A stretch of DNA of 64,000 bases from an uncultured Porphyromonas sp. GTDB taxonomy: Bacteria > Bacteroidota > Bacteroidia > Bacteroidales > Porphyromonadaceae. Position 1 is the first letter of the stretch. Every line of letters begins with the position of its first letter. The translations under genes and the position numbers were made by a program. Where the stretch lies: positions 11,997-75,996 of the forward strand of contig CAJPPK010000007.1 in assembly GCA_905372565.1 (NCBI GenBank), given 5' to 3'. A model generated the notes under the pieces. The model saw only the letters and a list, made by a program, of their open reading frames with translations, was not told where the DNA came from and searched no databases. Shown piece after piece: positions 18,333-27,279 of the stretch.

Positions 18333-19942
18333 TTGATTTGGTGCGCTTTATCCTACGAGGTCACAAGTGGAGCATCCTACTGATCCTCTTGCTGGGGTTA
18401 GGGACAGTAGTGACTAACCTGGCTTTCATTTGGCTCTCTAAGAGTGTCATTGATATAGCGTCGCACCAGCGAGGAGGCTCTATACACACCTTTTCCTTTG
18501 CCCTGGTTCTTACACTGGCCCTTCAGGTGCTCTGTCGTGTCGCCTCCGTGCGTCTGTCGAGCTATACAGGGGCAAAGATGAGTAATGATGTCCAGTCTAA
18601 GGTCTTCTCTCATCTACTCTATACTCGCTGGTCAAGTCTCGGGCACATACATAGTGGAGATCTCGTCGTCCGTATGTTGAAGGACACTGAGACCCTCGTG
18701 ACTTTCTTCGTCTCCTCGCTCCCTACAGCGATTATTTCCTCTGCACAGCTCATCGGGGCACTCCTACTCCTCTACTATTTTAGTCCTACACTGGCTCTAA
18801 TTTTAGGTGTCGGGATGCCACTCTTGGCTCTCTTCAGCAAGCTCTACTATAAGCGCATGCGTCGCTATACCGATGAGATGAAGCAGGCTGAGAGTGTGAT
18901 CACGGCACATGTGCAGGAGACCCTGATGAATCAGACAGTCATACGCACTTTCGAGCGTCAAGGCACCGCCATCGATCACTTACACATGCGTCAAGGGCAG
19001 TATCTGCGTGCTGTGGGGCGACAGACCGTCGTGTCCGTCTTTGCGAATCTACTGATGCAGGGGGCCTTCGCTGGGGGATATATCATCGCTTTCCTATGGA
19101 GCGCCCGAGAGCTCTTCGCTGGGGCGATTACCTTCGGACTCATGACGTCCTTCCTCCAGCTCGTAGCACGCATTCAGTCACCACTCAATACCCTCATCCT
19201 TCAGTTACCAGGGCTCATTAGCTCGAAGTCTTCCTTGGATCGTCTGGTGAATCTGCTAGAGTTCAAGACCGAGCAGATGGGTAGAGCTGTGCGACTGACA
19301 GGGAATAACTTCCGTCTCGAAGTCGAAGGGCTCTCCTTCCGCTATGAGGAGGATGAAGCCTGGGTTTATCGGAACTTCAGTCTCTCTGCTGGACGTGGAG
19401 AGATGATCGCCCTCATGGGGCGTACAGGAGCGGGGAAGACGACACTCCTTCGTCTCCTTCTCGGGCTGATCACACCGACTGAGGGACGTATCACGCTACA
19501 GACGCCTCAAGCGATCTACTCCGTCAATGAAGCTACTCGAGGGAACTTCGTGTACATACCGCAGGGAGGGAGTCTCTTCAGTGGGACGATCCGTGAGAAC
19601 CTCCTTCTCGGGGACGAAGATGCCTCGGAGGAGCGACTTCGTCGGGTCTTGTACTTAGCGGTCGCTGACTTTGTCTTCGACCTCCCGAAGGGACTAGATA
19701 CCCTGATCGGTGAGCGAGGTGTAGGCCTCTCCGAAGGACAGGCACAGCGCATTGCTATCGCCCGTGCTCTCCTACGCCCTGGTAAGATCTTACTCCTAGA
19801 TGAAGCAACTTCTGCTCTCGATCAGGAGACCGAGACACGCTTCTTAGAGCACCTTCGCCGTGAGGCAGGTGATCGCCTTATTCTCTTCATCACGCACCAC
19901 CCCGAGGTGGCTGCACGATGTGATCGCACGCTCCATATCTAG
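18329..19942 (+). CDS. ABC exporter, fused permease/ATPase half-transporter
   Basis: 537 aa. Six-TM N-terminal domain, Walker A GRTGAGKTTLL, signature LSEGQAQRIAIARAL, and Walker B ILLLDEATSALD. There is no C39 peptidase domain. Confidence 0.9.
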   Translation: MIDLVRFILRGHKWSILLILLLGLGTVVTNLAFIWLSKSVIDIASHQRGGSIHTFSFALVLTLALQVLCRVASVRLSSYTGAKMSNDVQSKVFSHLLYTRWSSLGHIHSGDLVVRMLKDTETLVTFFVSSLPTAIISSAQLIGALLLLYYFSPTLALILGVGMPLLALFSKLYYKRMRRYTDEMKQAESVITAHVQETLMNQTVIRTFERQGTAIDHLHMRQGQYLRAVGRQTVVSVFANLLMQGAFAGGYIIAFLWSARELFAGAITFGLMTSFLQLVARIQSPLNTLILQLPGLISSKSSLDRLVNLLEFKTEQMGRAVRLTGNNFRLEVEGLSFRYEEDEAWVYRNFSLSAGRGEMIALMGRTGAGKTTLLRLLLGLITPTEGRITLQTPQAIYSVNEATRGNFVYIPQGGSLFSGTIRENLLLGDEDASEERLRRVLYLAVADFVFDLPKGLDTLIGERGVGLSEGQAQRIAIARALLRPGKILLLDEATSALDQETETRFLEHLRREAGDRLILFITHHPEVAARCDRTLHI

Positions 19943-19975
19943 GAGCGTCTTAACCCTAACCCAACCCTACTACAT

Positions 19976-20305
19976 ATGTCAGAAGAACTAGAGAACGAAT
20001 ACCTCCGTATCGAAGAGGATATCGTCGCTGCCCTTCGTACAGTCTATGACCCCGAGATCCCTGTGAACGTATATGATCTTGGGTTGATCTATTGTGTCGA
20101 GCTCTCGGATGATAAGTCAGTGGCTATCACGATGACCCTAACTGCTCCTAACTGTCCTGCGGCGGACTTCATCCTAGAGGATGTCCGTATGAAGGTAGAG
20201 GATGTCGAGGGGGTCACGAGTGTGGAGATCCGCTTGACCTTCGATCCCGAGTGGAATAAGGATATGATGAGTGAAGAAGCCCTGCTTGAGCTAGGCTTCC
20301 TTTAG
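19976..20305 (+). CDS. sufT: DUF59 / SufT-like Fe-S cluster assembly protein
   Basis: 109 aa with YDPEIPVNVYDLGLIY and TLTAPNCPA motifs. Confidence 0.8.
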   Translation: MSEELENEYLRIEEDIVAALRTVYDPEIPVNVYDLGLIYCVELSDDKSVAITMTLTAPNCPAADFILEDVRMKVEDVEGVTSVEIRLTFDPEWNKDMMSEEALLELGFL

Positions 20306-20308
20306 ACG

Positions 20309-21112
20309 ATGAGTACGCGCTCCAAGGTCTTCTTCACGAGTGATGCCCACCTCGGCTCGGGCTACCATCAGGATCCTCATGCGGTGGAGTGCCGGCTAGT
20401 ACGCTGGCTGCAGCAGATCGAGCCAGAGGCTAAGGCGGTCTACTTCCTCGGGGATATGTTCGACTACTGGTTTGAGTATCGAGCGGTCGTCCCACGGGGG
20501 CATGTTCGCTTCCTTGGGCAAGTTGCCCTGATGCATGATGCCGGTGTGGAGATCCACTTCTTTGCGGGCAATCATGATGTTTGGTTTAGTGACTACCTCC
20601 AGACGGAACTGGGTGCGACGATTCATCACCACGCCTCGGTCGTCGAGCTGGATGGCAAGCGCTTCCGTCTCGCTCATGGCGATGAGGAGTATATGGGACA
20701 GCACTGGACGAATAAGTTCCTCTACAAGCTCTTCCGCAATCCGCTAGCCCGCTGGCTCTATGCCGGTGTCCATCCACGCTGGACGGTGGGACTAGCGCTA
20801 GGCTTATCCCTGCGTAGTCGTCAGAAGGGGATGAAGCGCCGTACGCTGGGGCAGATCCCTCACGCCTATCACAATGCCTACTTCGATGTCGAGAAGGAAT
20901 GGCTGGTGCGCTGGACGAAGAGCTATATGCCCGCTCACCCCGAGATCGACTATTACCTCTTTGGGCATCGTCACCTGCTCTTGGATCTCTCCTTGCGTGG
21001 AGGGAAGCGTCTGGTGATCTTGGGTGATTGGCTACAGTACAATTCGTTTGCTGTCTGGGACGGTGAAAACCTCTTCGTGGATCAGTTCGTCGAGGACGAA
21101 GAAGCGAGCTAA
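20309..21112 (+). CDS. lpxH: UDP-2,3-diacylglucosamine diphosphatase
   Basis: Calcineurin-like metallophosphoesterase motifs (FTSDAHLG, GDMFDYWFEY, GNHDVW, HGDE). Length of 267 aa is typical of LpxH. Confidence 0.8.
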   Translation: MSTRSKVFFTSDAHLGSGYHQDPHAVECRLVRWLQQIEPEAKAVYFLGDMFDYWFEYRAVVPRGHVRFLGQVALMHDAGVEIHFFAGNHDVWFSDYLQTELGATIHHHASVVELDGKRFRLAHGDEEYMGQHWTNKFLYKLFRNPLARWLYAGVHPRWTVGLALGLSLRSRQKGMKRRTLGQIPHAYHNAYFDVEKEWLVRWTKSYMPAHPEIDYYLFGHRHLLLDLSLRGGKRLVILGDWLQYNSFAVWDGENLFVDQFVEDEEAS

Positions 21113-21144
21113 TGCCCGCTCCTAGATCTGCAGATTGCATACTA

Positions 21145-21187
21145 CCCCACTTGAGAGGCTAGAGCCTTGACAAGTGGGGTCTTTTTA
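21145..21187 (+). terminator. Rho-independent terminator after lpxH
   Basis: Stem CCCCACTTG / CAAGTGGGG followed by TCTTTTTA. Confidence 0.7.
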
Positions 21188-21213
21188 TGCCCATTTTTCT
21201 CGCACATGAATTT

Positions 21214-21307
21214 CCAACTAGTAGGCAACAGTAGTGCCACCCGAGGGGCACTACTGTTGCCTGTGAAGAGGCACTACTGATGCCCCTTTTGAGGTAACAC
21301 TGTTACT
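21214..21307 (+). repeat. Family-1 intergenic element, copy L3
   Basis: CCAACTAGTA followed by units at 21224, 21247, 21270 and 21293 (23-bp period): GGCAACAGTAGTGCC / GGCACTACTGTTGCC / GGCACTACTGATGCC / GGTAACACTGTTACT. Confidence 0.85.
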
Positions 21308-21372
21308 CCCGAGGGGATGACCTCTTCCTGAGGGTGGGGATTACAGGCTTTGGATGAGGGGGAAACCCTGCC

Positions 21373-21462
21373 AGAGGTATAAATTGTGTAACTTCGTATG
21401 GGCGCATATAGACCTGCCTTAAGGGGGTGAAGGCTTAGACCTTCCACCTCGATCCTGGGCTT
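21373..21462 (+). repeat. Direct repeat DR1 (promoter/leader copy, G5 tract), upstream of the small OMP paralog
   Basis: These 90 bp are identical to 22219-22312 except for one C/T substitution in the -7 box (TAACTTCG here, at 21389-21396) and the G-run length (G5 at 21423-21427). Confidence 0.9.
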
Positions 21463-21497
21463 TGGTGGCTGGGTTGGATATAACTAACATGGTAATA

Positions 21498-22073
21498 ATG
21501 ATGAATATTCGTCTTGTAATTCTAGGGCTCATGGCACTTATCCTAGGGGGTAAGCTTTATGGGCAAGAAGGCTCACGAGGTCGCCTCGGTATATTGCTTG
21601 GGGGAATGAATGGCGTGAGCTATGACTATTCCCTCAATAGCCACTTCGAGGTAGGGGCATCAGCTCTATTAGGTCTTGGGTTAGGCTATGATAATGCCAC
21701 TGGGGGAGTCAGCTATAGTGGATTTACTCCAGCACTTGAAGTGACACCTCGCTACTTCTTCTCTCGTCGTCAGGATGGGGAGCTTTTCCACAAAGGCGCT
21801 TATCTTTCCGTGCGTTTTGAGGGACAGATGGATAAGTGGACTCTCTTCCCTAGTCGTGCGATACGTGAGAGTGATAGGAAGTATCAGTATACACTAGCTT
21901 TTGTGCCGACCTTCGGGTGGAGTATCCCTGTAGGAGAGAGGTGCTTCGTCCGTCTAGGCGCTGGTATTAGCTTCTATCGCCAAAAGTCTATAGAGGCAGG
22001 TGTCACCTTCTGGGACACTCGATCGGGTACGATACCTATCCAATTGGAGATGACTTATGGCATCGCTTTCTAG
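21498..22073 (+). CDS. Small secreted OM beta-barrel-like protein (intact paralog of 12203-12780)
   Basis: About 191 aa from MMNIRLVILGLMALILGGKLYGQ (signal peptide). Alternating beta-strand-like pattern with a C-terminal aromatic residue (..TYGIAF). Function unknown. Confidence 0.6.
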   Translation: MMNIRLVILGLMALILGGKLYGQEGSRGRLGILLGGMNGVSYDYSLNSHFEVGASALLGLGLGYDNATGGVSYSGFTPALEVTPRYFFSRRQDGELFHKGAYLSVRFEGQMDKWTLFPSRAIRESDRKYQYTLAFVPTFGWSIPVGERCFVRLGAGISFYRQKSIEAGVTFWDTRSGTIPIQLEMTYGIAF

Positions 22074-22120
22074 CTGACGATGCCTCCACCACTAGTAAGA
22101 GCGATCTTTTGGATAAACAG

Positions 22121-22158
22121 GTTAGCCAGCACCTTTTAAGGATGCTGGCTAACTTTTT
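22121..22158 (+). terminator. Rho-independent terminator after the small OMP gene
   Basis: Stem GTTAGCCAGCA / TGCTGGCTAAC followed by TTTTT. Confidence 0.75.
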
Positions 22159-22218
22159 ATCTCTAATGTTGCTCTTGCAGGTGGAATGCGCAAACAGCAA
22201 ATCTAGGTTGAAGAACCT

Positions 22219-22312
22219 AGAGGTATAAATTGTGTAACTTTGTATGGGCGCATATAGACCTGCCTTAAGGGGGGGGGTGAAGGCTTAGACCTTCCACCTC
22301 GATCCTGGGCTT
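22219..22312 (+). repeat. Direct repeat DR2 (promoter/leader copy, G9 tract), upstream of the PSP1-gldH-lon genes
   Basis: 94-bp copy of DR1. It contains a perfect -7 box TAACTTTG at 22235-22242 and a G9 homopolymer at 22269-22277. Confidence 0.9.
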
Positions 22313-22416
22313 AGAAGGTGTGCCACTTACCCTCCGTAGGGTGTAGGGAAAGATTCGTTCCCTCCCCGAACTAGATATACGACACCCCCAGTGGAGGGTG
22401 TCACAGCAAGATAAAT

Positions 22417-23724
22417 ATGGATTACAAGACGACGACGGCCAACATGGGATGCTGCGCCATGAGCCCCAGCGGATGTAGCGGTTGTGAGCGAGCGCAGATG
22501 AGCTCCTACGACTGGCTGAGTGACATCCCCGAGGCGCTACGTAGCTCCGATATGGTCGAAGTACAGTTCAAGAATACCCGCAAGGGATATTACCTCAATA
22601 CCGATAAGCTCGATCTCTACAAAGGCGATACCGTAGCGGTAGAGAGCTCTACGGGGCATGACATCGGCGAGGTCACCCTCACAGGCAAGCTCGCTGAGCT
22701 AGCGATGAAGAATCATCGCTTCCGCCCCGAGAAGGGAGAGTTTCAGCGTATCTACCGCCTAGCTCGCCCCGAGGATCTGGAGCGCTGGCAGGAGGCCAAG
22801 AAGCGCGAGGAGCCCACGATGATCCAGGCCAGGCAGATCGCTGTCTCCCTAGGTCTTGACATGAAGATCGGGGATGTCGAGTACCAAGGGGATGGGAATA
22901 AGGCCATCTTCTACTATATCGCTGATGGACGTGTGGACTTCCGTCAGCTGATCCGTGTGCTAGCGGATACCTTCCACGTGCGTATCGAGATGAAGCAGAT
23001 CGGTGCGCGTCAGGAGGCAGGACGTATCGGAGGGATCGGTCCCTGTGGACGTCAGCTCTGCTGTGCCTCGTGGATGAGTACCTTCTCCAGTGTGAGCACG
23101 GGGGCAGCACGTGTGCAGGACATCACGATGAACCCGCAGAAGCTCACGGGGCAGTGCGGGAAGATCAAGTGCTGTATGAACTTCGAGGTGAACACCTATG
23201 CCGAGGCACAGCGTAGCCTACCATCACGTGAGATCGTCCTCGAGACTGAGGGGGAGAGCTACTATCACTTTAAGACCGACCACTTCCAGCGCCAAGTGAC
23301 CTATAGCACCGTCAAGGGGGCTCCCATTCGTCTGGTGACGATACCTGCGGAGCGTGCCTTTGAGGTCATCGAGATGAACAAGCAGGGGCGTCGCCCAGAG
23401 AGCCTGCAGGAGGAGGTAGAGAACCCTCGTCGGGGATCTCGCTCTAGTGACATCTTGGCAGACAATAGCCTGACACGCTTTGACCGTTCGGGGCGTCGTC
23501 CTCGTAACGGCGAAGGACGACCTCGGCGTACCGAAGGGGGCTCCCCTCGAGGTGAGCGTCCGTCTCGCCGGGGGGACGTGCGACCCAATGCCGAGGGGGG
23601 AGGTGATCCCGCTGTCCGACAGTTCCGCTCGCCACGTACTCGTCGTCCCGAGCGTAGCGCTGATCCCAGTGTAGAGATGACCCCACGCATCCCTACAGAT
23701 CCCCGTCGAGAGAAGGAGGAATGA
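22417..23724 (+). CDS. PSP1-domain protein (RicT/YaaT-like) with a Cys-rich N-terminus and an Arg-rich disordered tail
   Basis: PSP1 core (GRVDFRQLIRVLADTFHVRIEMKQIGARQEA). N-terminus MGCCAMSPSGCSGC. The last ~100 aa are R/G/P/E-rich. Confidence 0.85.
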   Translation: MDYKTTTANMGCCAMSPSGCSGCERAQMSSYDWLSDIPEALRSSDMVEVQFKNTRKGYYLNTDKLDLYKGDTVAVESSTGHDIGEVTLTGKLAELAMKNHRFRPEKGEFQRIYRLARPEDLERWQEAKKREEPTMIQARQIAVSLGLDMKIGDVEYQGDGNKAIFYYIADGRVDFRQLIRVLADTFHVRIEMKQIGARQEAGRIGGIGPCGRQLCCASWMSTFSSVSTGAARVQDITMNPQKLTGQCGKIKCCMNFEVNTYAEAQRSLPSREIVLETEGESYYHFKTDHFQRQVTYSTVKGAPIRLVTIPAERAFEVIEMNKQGRRPESLQEEVENPRRGSRSSDILADNSLTRFDRSGRRPRNGEGRPRRTEGGSPRGERPSRRGDVRPNAEGGGDPAVRQFRSPRTRRPERSADPSVEMTPRIPTDPRREKEE

Positions 23725-24227
23725 GCCTATTTCGTCTCCCCTATCTACATCATCTAGGGTGGCTACTCCTACTCGTCCTATCGTCGTGCTCTACTGAGCA
23801 GGTGAAGGATGACTACTATGCCTTTCGTGCACCTCACGAGGGGCGCTGGAGCAGCGAGGAGCGCTATGCCTTTGACCTACTCTTCACTGAGCGTGAGGAG
23901 TCCCTAGCTACGGAGGTGATCCTGCGCATGGATAGCCGTCTGGATCGTCCGAAGGCTCGTGTAGAGACCCGCCTGAGCTTCCGAGGAGAAGTACTGCGTA
24001 TCGATACGCTCGACTTCTCCTTTGCGCCTCGCCAAGGGGCTTGGGAGCGCCCCGGTATCATCTATCATGATTTCAGTCGAGGTCTGGCACAGCCTTTGCA
24101 TACACCTCACACTGGCCTCTTCGTCTTAGAGGTCTCCCTGCTCGACATGCTCCCCTTAGAGGGAGTAGCGCAGCTGGGTATCCATACCCACCGCCAGCGT
24201 CCTCAGCAGGACATTATTAAGCAGTAA
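23721..24227 (+). CDS. gldH: Lipoprotein, probably GldH-family
   Basis: 168 aa with a lipobox (LVLSSC). The ATGA overlap with the PSP1 gene matches the PSP1-gldH arrangement common in Bacteroidetes. The family call rests on context and size only. Confidence 0.5.
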   Translation: MSLFRLPYLHHLGWLLLLVLSSCSTEQVKDDYYAFRAPHEGRWSSEERYAFDLLFTEREESLATEVILRMDSRLDRPKARVETRLSFRGEVLRIDTLDFSFAPRQGAWERPGIIYHDFSRGLAQPLHTPHTGLFVLEVSLLDMLPLEGVAQLGIHTHRQRPQQDIIKQ

Positions 24228-24242
24228 TTCTCTCACCGAGAA

Positions 24243-26702
24243 ATGAGTAAGAAGAAACAGAACGAAGAATTGACACCTGCAGAGGTTGCCCAGCACCATA
24301 CGGGCATGCCTGTCGTAGGAAGCTATAAAGCCGAAGAGACCTTCTCTATCCCCGAGGAGGAGCGTCAGGAAGTCCTGCCACTGATGGCCTTGCGCAACAT
24401 GACCATCTTCCCAGGTACGCTGATGCCCGTCCTCATTGGGCGTAAGAAGTCCATAGAGATCATCCGTATGGCAGATGAGAAGGAGGCTCTCTTCGGAGTC
24501 ATCACCCAGCGTGATGCTAGTGTGGAGGATCCGAGCAAGGAAGACTTCTATCCCATCGGTACCGTCGTCGAGATCACCCAGATCATTGAGCTTCCTTCAG
24601 GGGAGATCTCAGCGATCCTGCGTGGTATCCAGCGCTTTGAGCTCAAGGAGCTGGAGCAGACGGAGCCTTACTTGACGGGGCGGGTCGAGTACCTGCAGAG
24701 CGACGTAGAGCCCGAGGCGAGCCGAGAAGAGGAGTTCAAGGCGATCACGGAGCTGATCCATGAGCGTCTCCTTCGTCTGCTTCAGCACATAGTGCCTAGC
24801 TCTCCCTCTGGCTTCATCGATACGATACGAGGACTAAAGAATCCGATCTATATCATCCATCTGACGGCTTCGGTGCTGCAGATCTCTCCCGAGAAGCGCC
24901 AAGAGCTCCTCGAGCAGGAGACGCTCTTCGGCCGTGCGGTCGAGGTCTTGACTTGCCTACAGACGCAGCTTCAGGAGAGTGACCTCAAGGAGGAGCTTCT
25001 GGCGCGTACACGCCGAGAGATGGATCAGCAGCAGCGTGACTACTTCCTCCAGCAGCAGATGCGCACCATCCAGGATGAGCTAGGACAAGGGCAGGAGGAT
25101 GACGAGATCGAGGAGCTACGTAAGAAGGGTAAGGACAAGCTCTGGAGCAAGGAGGTCGGTGAGATCTTCGAGAAGGAGCTTCGTAAGGCTGAGCGCCTCA
25201 ACCCTCAGAGCCCCGACTTCTCTATCCAGATGCAGTATCTACGCACGATCGTTGAGCTTCCCTGGGGTGTCTACAGCCAAGATAATTTTGACCTCAAGGG
25301 GGCAGCAGAGATCTTGGAGCGGGAGCATTATGGCTTGGAGAAGGTCAAGGAGCGTATCCTTGAGCACTTAGCCGTCCTCAAGCTTAAGGGGGATATGAAG
25401 TCCCCTATCCTCTGCCTCTATGGCCCTCCAGGAGTAGGGAAGACTTCCCTCGGGAGAAGCATCGCTGAGAGCCTAGGACGTAAGTATGTCCGTATCTCTC
25501 TCGGAGGTGTGCATGACGAGGCGGAGATCCGTGGTCACCGCCGTACCTATATCGGGGCGATGAGTGGACGTATCGTTCAGAGTCTACAGAAGGCAGGTAC
25601 ATCTAATCCGGTCTTCGTCCTTGATGAGATCGATAAGCTCTCTAGTGACTACAAGGGAGATCCTGCTTCGGCTCTCCTAGAGGTGCTTGACCCCGAGCAG
25701 AACACGACCTTCCACGATAATTACTTAGACATCGACTACGACCTCTCCAAGGTACTCTTCATCGCTACAGCGAATAACATTGGGGCGATTCCCCAGGCGC
25801 TGCGTGACCGTATGGAGATGATCGAGGTCACAGGCTATATCGCAGAGGAGAAGCTACAGATCGCACAGAAGCATCTCCTGCCCAAGGAAGCCAAGGAGCA
25901 TGGACTTGATATCGAGAAGATTCACTTTGCACCAGGAGCCCTTGAGCTGATCATCGAAGAGTATACCCGTGAGAGTGGTGTGCGCTCCCTCACGAAGAAG
26001 ATCGCTGCGGTGCTCCGTAAGCTCGCCTGGGCGTCTGCCTCTGGTGAGGAGCTCCCTGCAGAGATCACCCCCGAGCAGGTACGTACTTATCTGGGGAAGA
26101 CCGTTTACTCCCGAGATAAGTACCAGGGGAATGAGCACCCTGGAGTCGTCGTTGGGTTAGCTTGGACAAGTGTTGGCGGAGAGATCCTCTTCATCGAGAG
26201 CAGTCTCCAGCCAGGGCAGACTGGCAAGCTTACACTGACAGGTAGCCTCGGTGACGTGATGAAGGAGTCAGCTACCATTGCTCTAAGCTATATCCGTGCC
26301 CATGCTCTGGAGCTGGGGATCGACCTTGAGCAACTCAAGGATAAGGAGATCCATGTCCACGTGCCCGAAGGTGCTATCCCTAAGGATGGTCCTAGTGCAG
26401 GGATCACCATGGTCACCTCTCTCGTCTCTGCCATCACCCGCCGTAAGGTGCGTGCGCATCTAGCTATGACCGGAGAGATCACACTACGAGGGAAAGTGCT
26501 CCCCGTAGGAGGAATCAAGGAAAAGATCCTAGCTGCTAAGCGCTCGGGGATCACCGATATCATCCTCTGCCGTGAGAATGAGCGTGATATTGAAGAGATC
26601 GATGCTCGTTACCTTGAGGGACTGACCTTCCACTATGTGGATGAGATCACAGAGGTGCTAGCCTTTGCCCTGCTCGATGAGGTGGTAGATCAGGTAAAGT
26701 GA
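24243..26702 (+). CDS. lon: ATP-dependent Lon protease (LonA)
   Basis: 819 aa with Walker [12 protein letters not shown] and the catalytic Ser region [11 protein letters not shown] plus Lys region [12 protein letters not shown]. Confidence 0.95.
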   Translation: MSKKKQNEELTPAEVAQHHTGMPVVGSYKAEETFSIPEEERQEVLPLMALRNMTIFPGTLMPVLIGRKKSIEIIRMADEKEALFGVITQRDASVEDPSKEDFYPIGTVVEITQIIELPSGEISAILRGIQRFELKELEQTEPYLTGRVEYLQSDVEPEASREEEFKAITELIHERLLRLLQHIVPSSPSGFIDTIRGLKNPIYIIHLTASVLQISPEKRQELLEQETLFGRAVEVLTCLQTQLQESDLKEELLARTRREMDQQQRDYFLQQQMRTIQDELGQGQEDDEIEELRKKGKDKLWSKEVGEIFEKELRKAERLNPQSPDFSIQMQYLRTIVELPWGVYSQDNFDLKGAAEILEREHYGLEKVKERILEHLAVLKLKGDMKSPILCLYGPPGVGKTSLGRSIAESLGRKYVRISLGGVHDEAEIRGHRRTYIGAMSGRIVQSLQKAGTSNPVFVLDEIDKLSSDYKGDPASALLEVLDPEQNTTFHDNYLDIDYDLSKVLFIATANNIGAIPQALRDRMEMIEVTGYIAEEKLQIAQKHLLPKEAKEHGLDIEKIHFAPGALELIIEEYTRESGVRSLTKKIAAVLRKLAWASASGEELPAEITPEQVRTYLGKTVYSRDKYQGNEHPGVVVGLAWTSVGGEILFIESSLQPGQTGKLTLTGSLGDVMKESATIALSYIRAHALELGIDLEQLKDKEIHVHVPEGAIPKDGPSAGITMVTSLVSAITRRKVRAHLAMTGEITLRGKVLPVGGIKEKILAAKRSGITDIILCRENERDIEEIDARYLEGLTFHYVDEITEVLAFALLDEVVDQVK

Positions 26703-26704
26703 GC

Positions 26705-26712
26705 TAACTTTG
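26705..26712 (+). promoter_or_regulatory. -7 promoter box TAACTTTG immediately upstream of the DUF1599 gene (near-leaderless)
   Basis: Exact TAnnTTTG match that ends 6 nt before the ATG at 26719 and starts 2 nt after the lon stop codon. Confidence 0.45.
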
Positions 26713-26718
26713 TAACCC

Positions 26719-27279
26719 ATGAAGCAGACTATCCAGCACACAACGACCGAGCAGGAGTGCCGTGCAGAGCTGAACCATTGTCGAGAGCTTTTTGTCAAGA
26801 AACTCTATGACTATGGAGCTGCTTGGCGCATCTTGCGCCCAGAGTCGCTCACCGATCAGATCTATATTAAGGCTGAGCGTATCCGTACTATTCAGATGAA
26901 GGGAAAGGCTCAGGTTGCTGAAGGTATCCGAGAGGAGTTCGTCGGGATCGTTAATTATGGGATCATAGGGCTTATCCAGCTAGAGCGTGGGGTGGTGAAT
27001 ACTCCCGATCTGACTGCGGAAGAGGCTCTGGAGGCCTATGATCACTATAGCCAGCAGACGATCAAGCTTCTTCTAGCGAAGAACCATGACTATGGAGAAG
27101 TCTGGCGTCAGATGCGCCTCTCCTCCATCGTAGATATCATCCTATCGAAGATCTTGCGAACAAAGCAGATCGAAGACCACCAAGGGGAGACTATCGTCTC
27201 TGAGGGTATCGCTGCCAATTATATGGATATGGTGAACTATGCCCTCTTCTGCTTGGTCAAGCTTAATGCTTCTATTTAG
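26719..27279 (+). CDS. DUF1599-family protein
   Basis: 186-aa helical protein. The family call comes from recollection of the conserved Bacteroidetes arrangement DUF1599 - MauE/DoxX - tpiA. Confidence 0.6.
   Translation: MKQTIQHTTTEQECRAELNHCRELFVKKLYDYGAAWRILRPESLTDQIYIKAERIRTIQMKGKAQVAEGIREEFVGIVNYGIIGLIQLERGVVNTPDLTAEEALEAYDHYSQQTIKLLLAKNHDYGEVWRQMRLSSIVDIILSKILRTKQIEDHQGETIVSEGIAANYMDMVNYALFCLVKLNASI

Noticed and set aside
20586-21140. 184-aa ORF antisense to lpxH.
   Set aside because: The translation is Arg/Ser/Pro/Gly-rich and low-complexity, and it is entirely antisense to a gene with clear metallophosphoesterase motifs.
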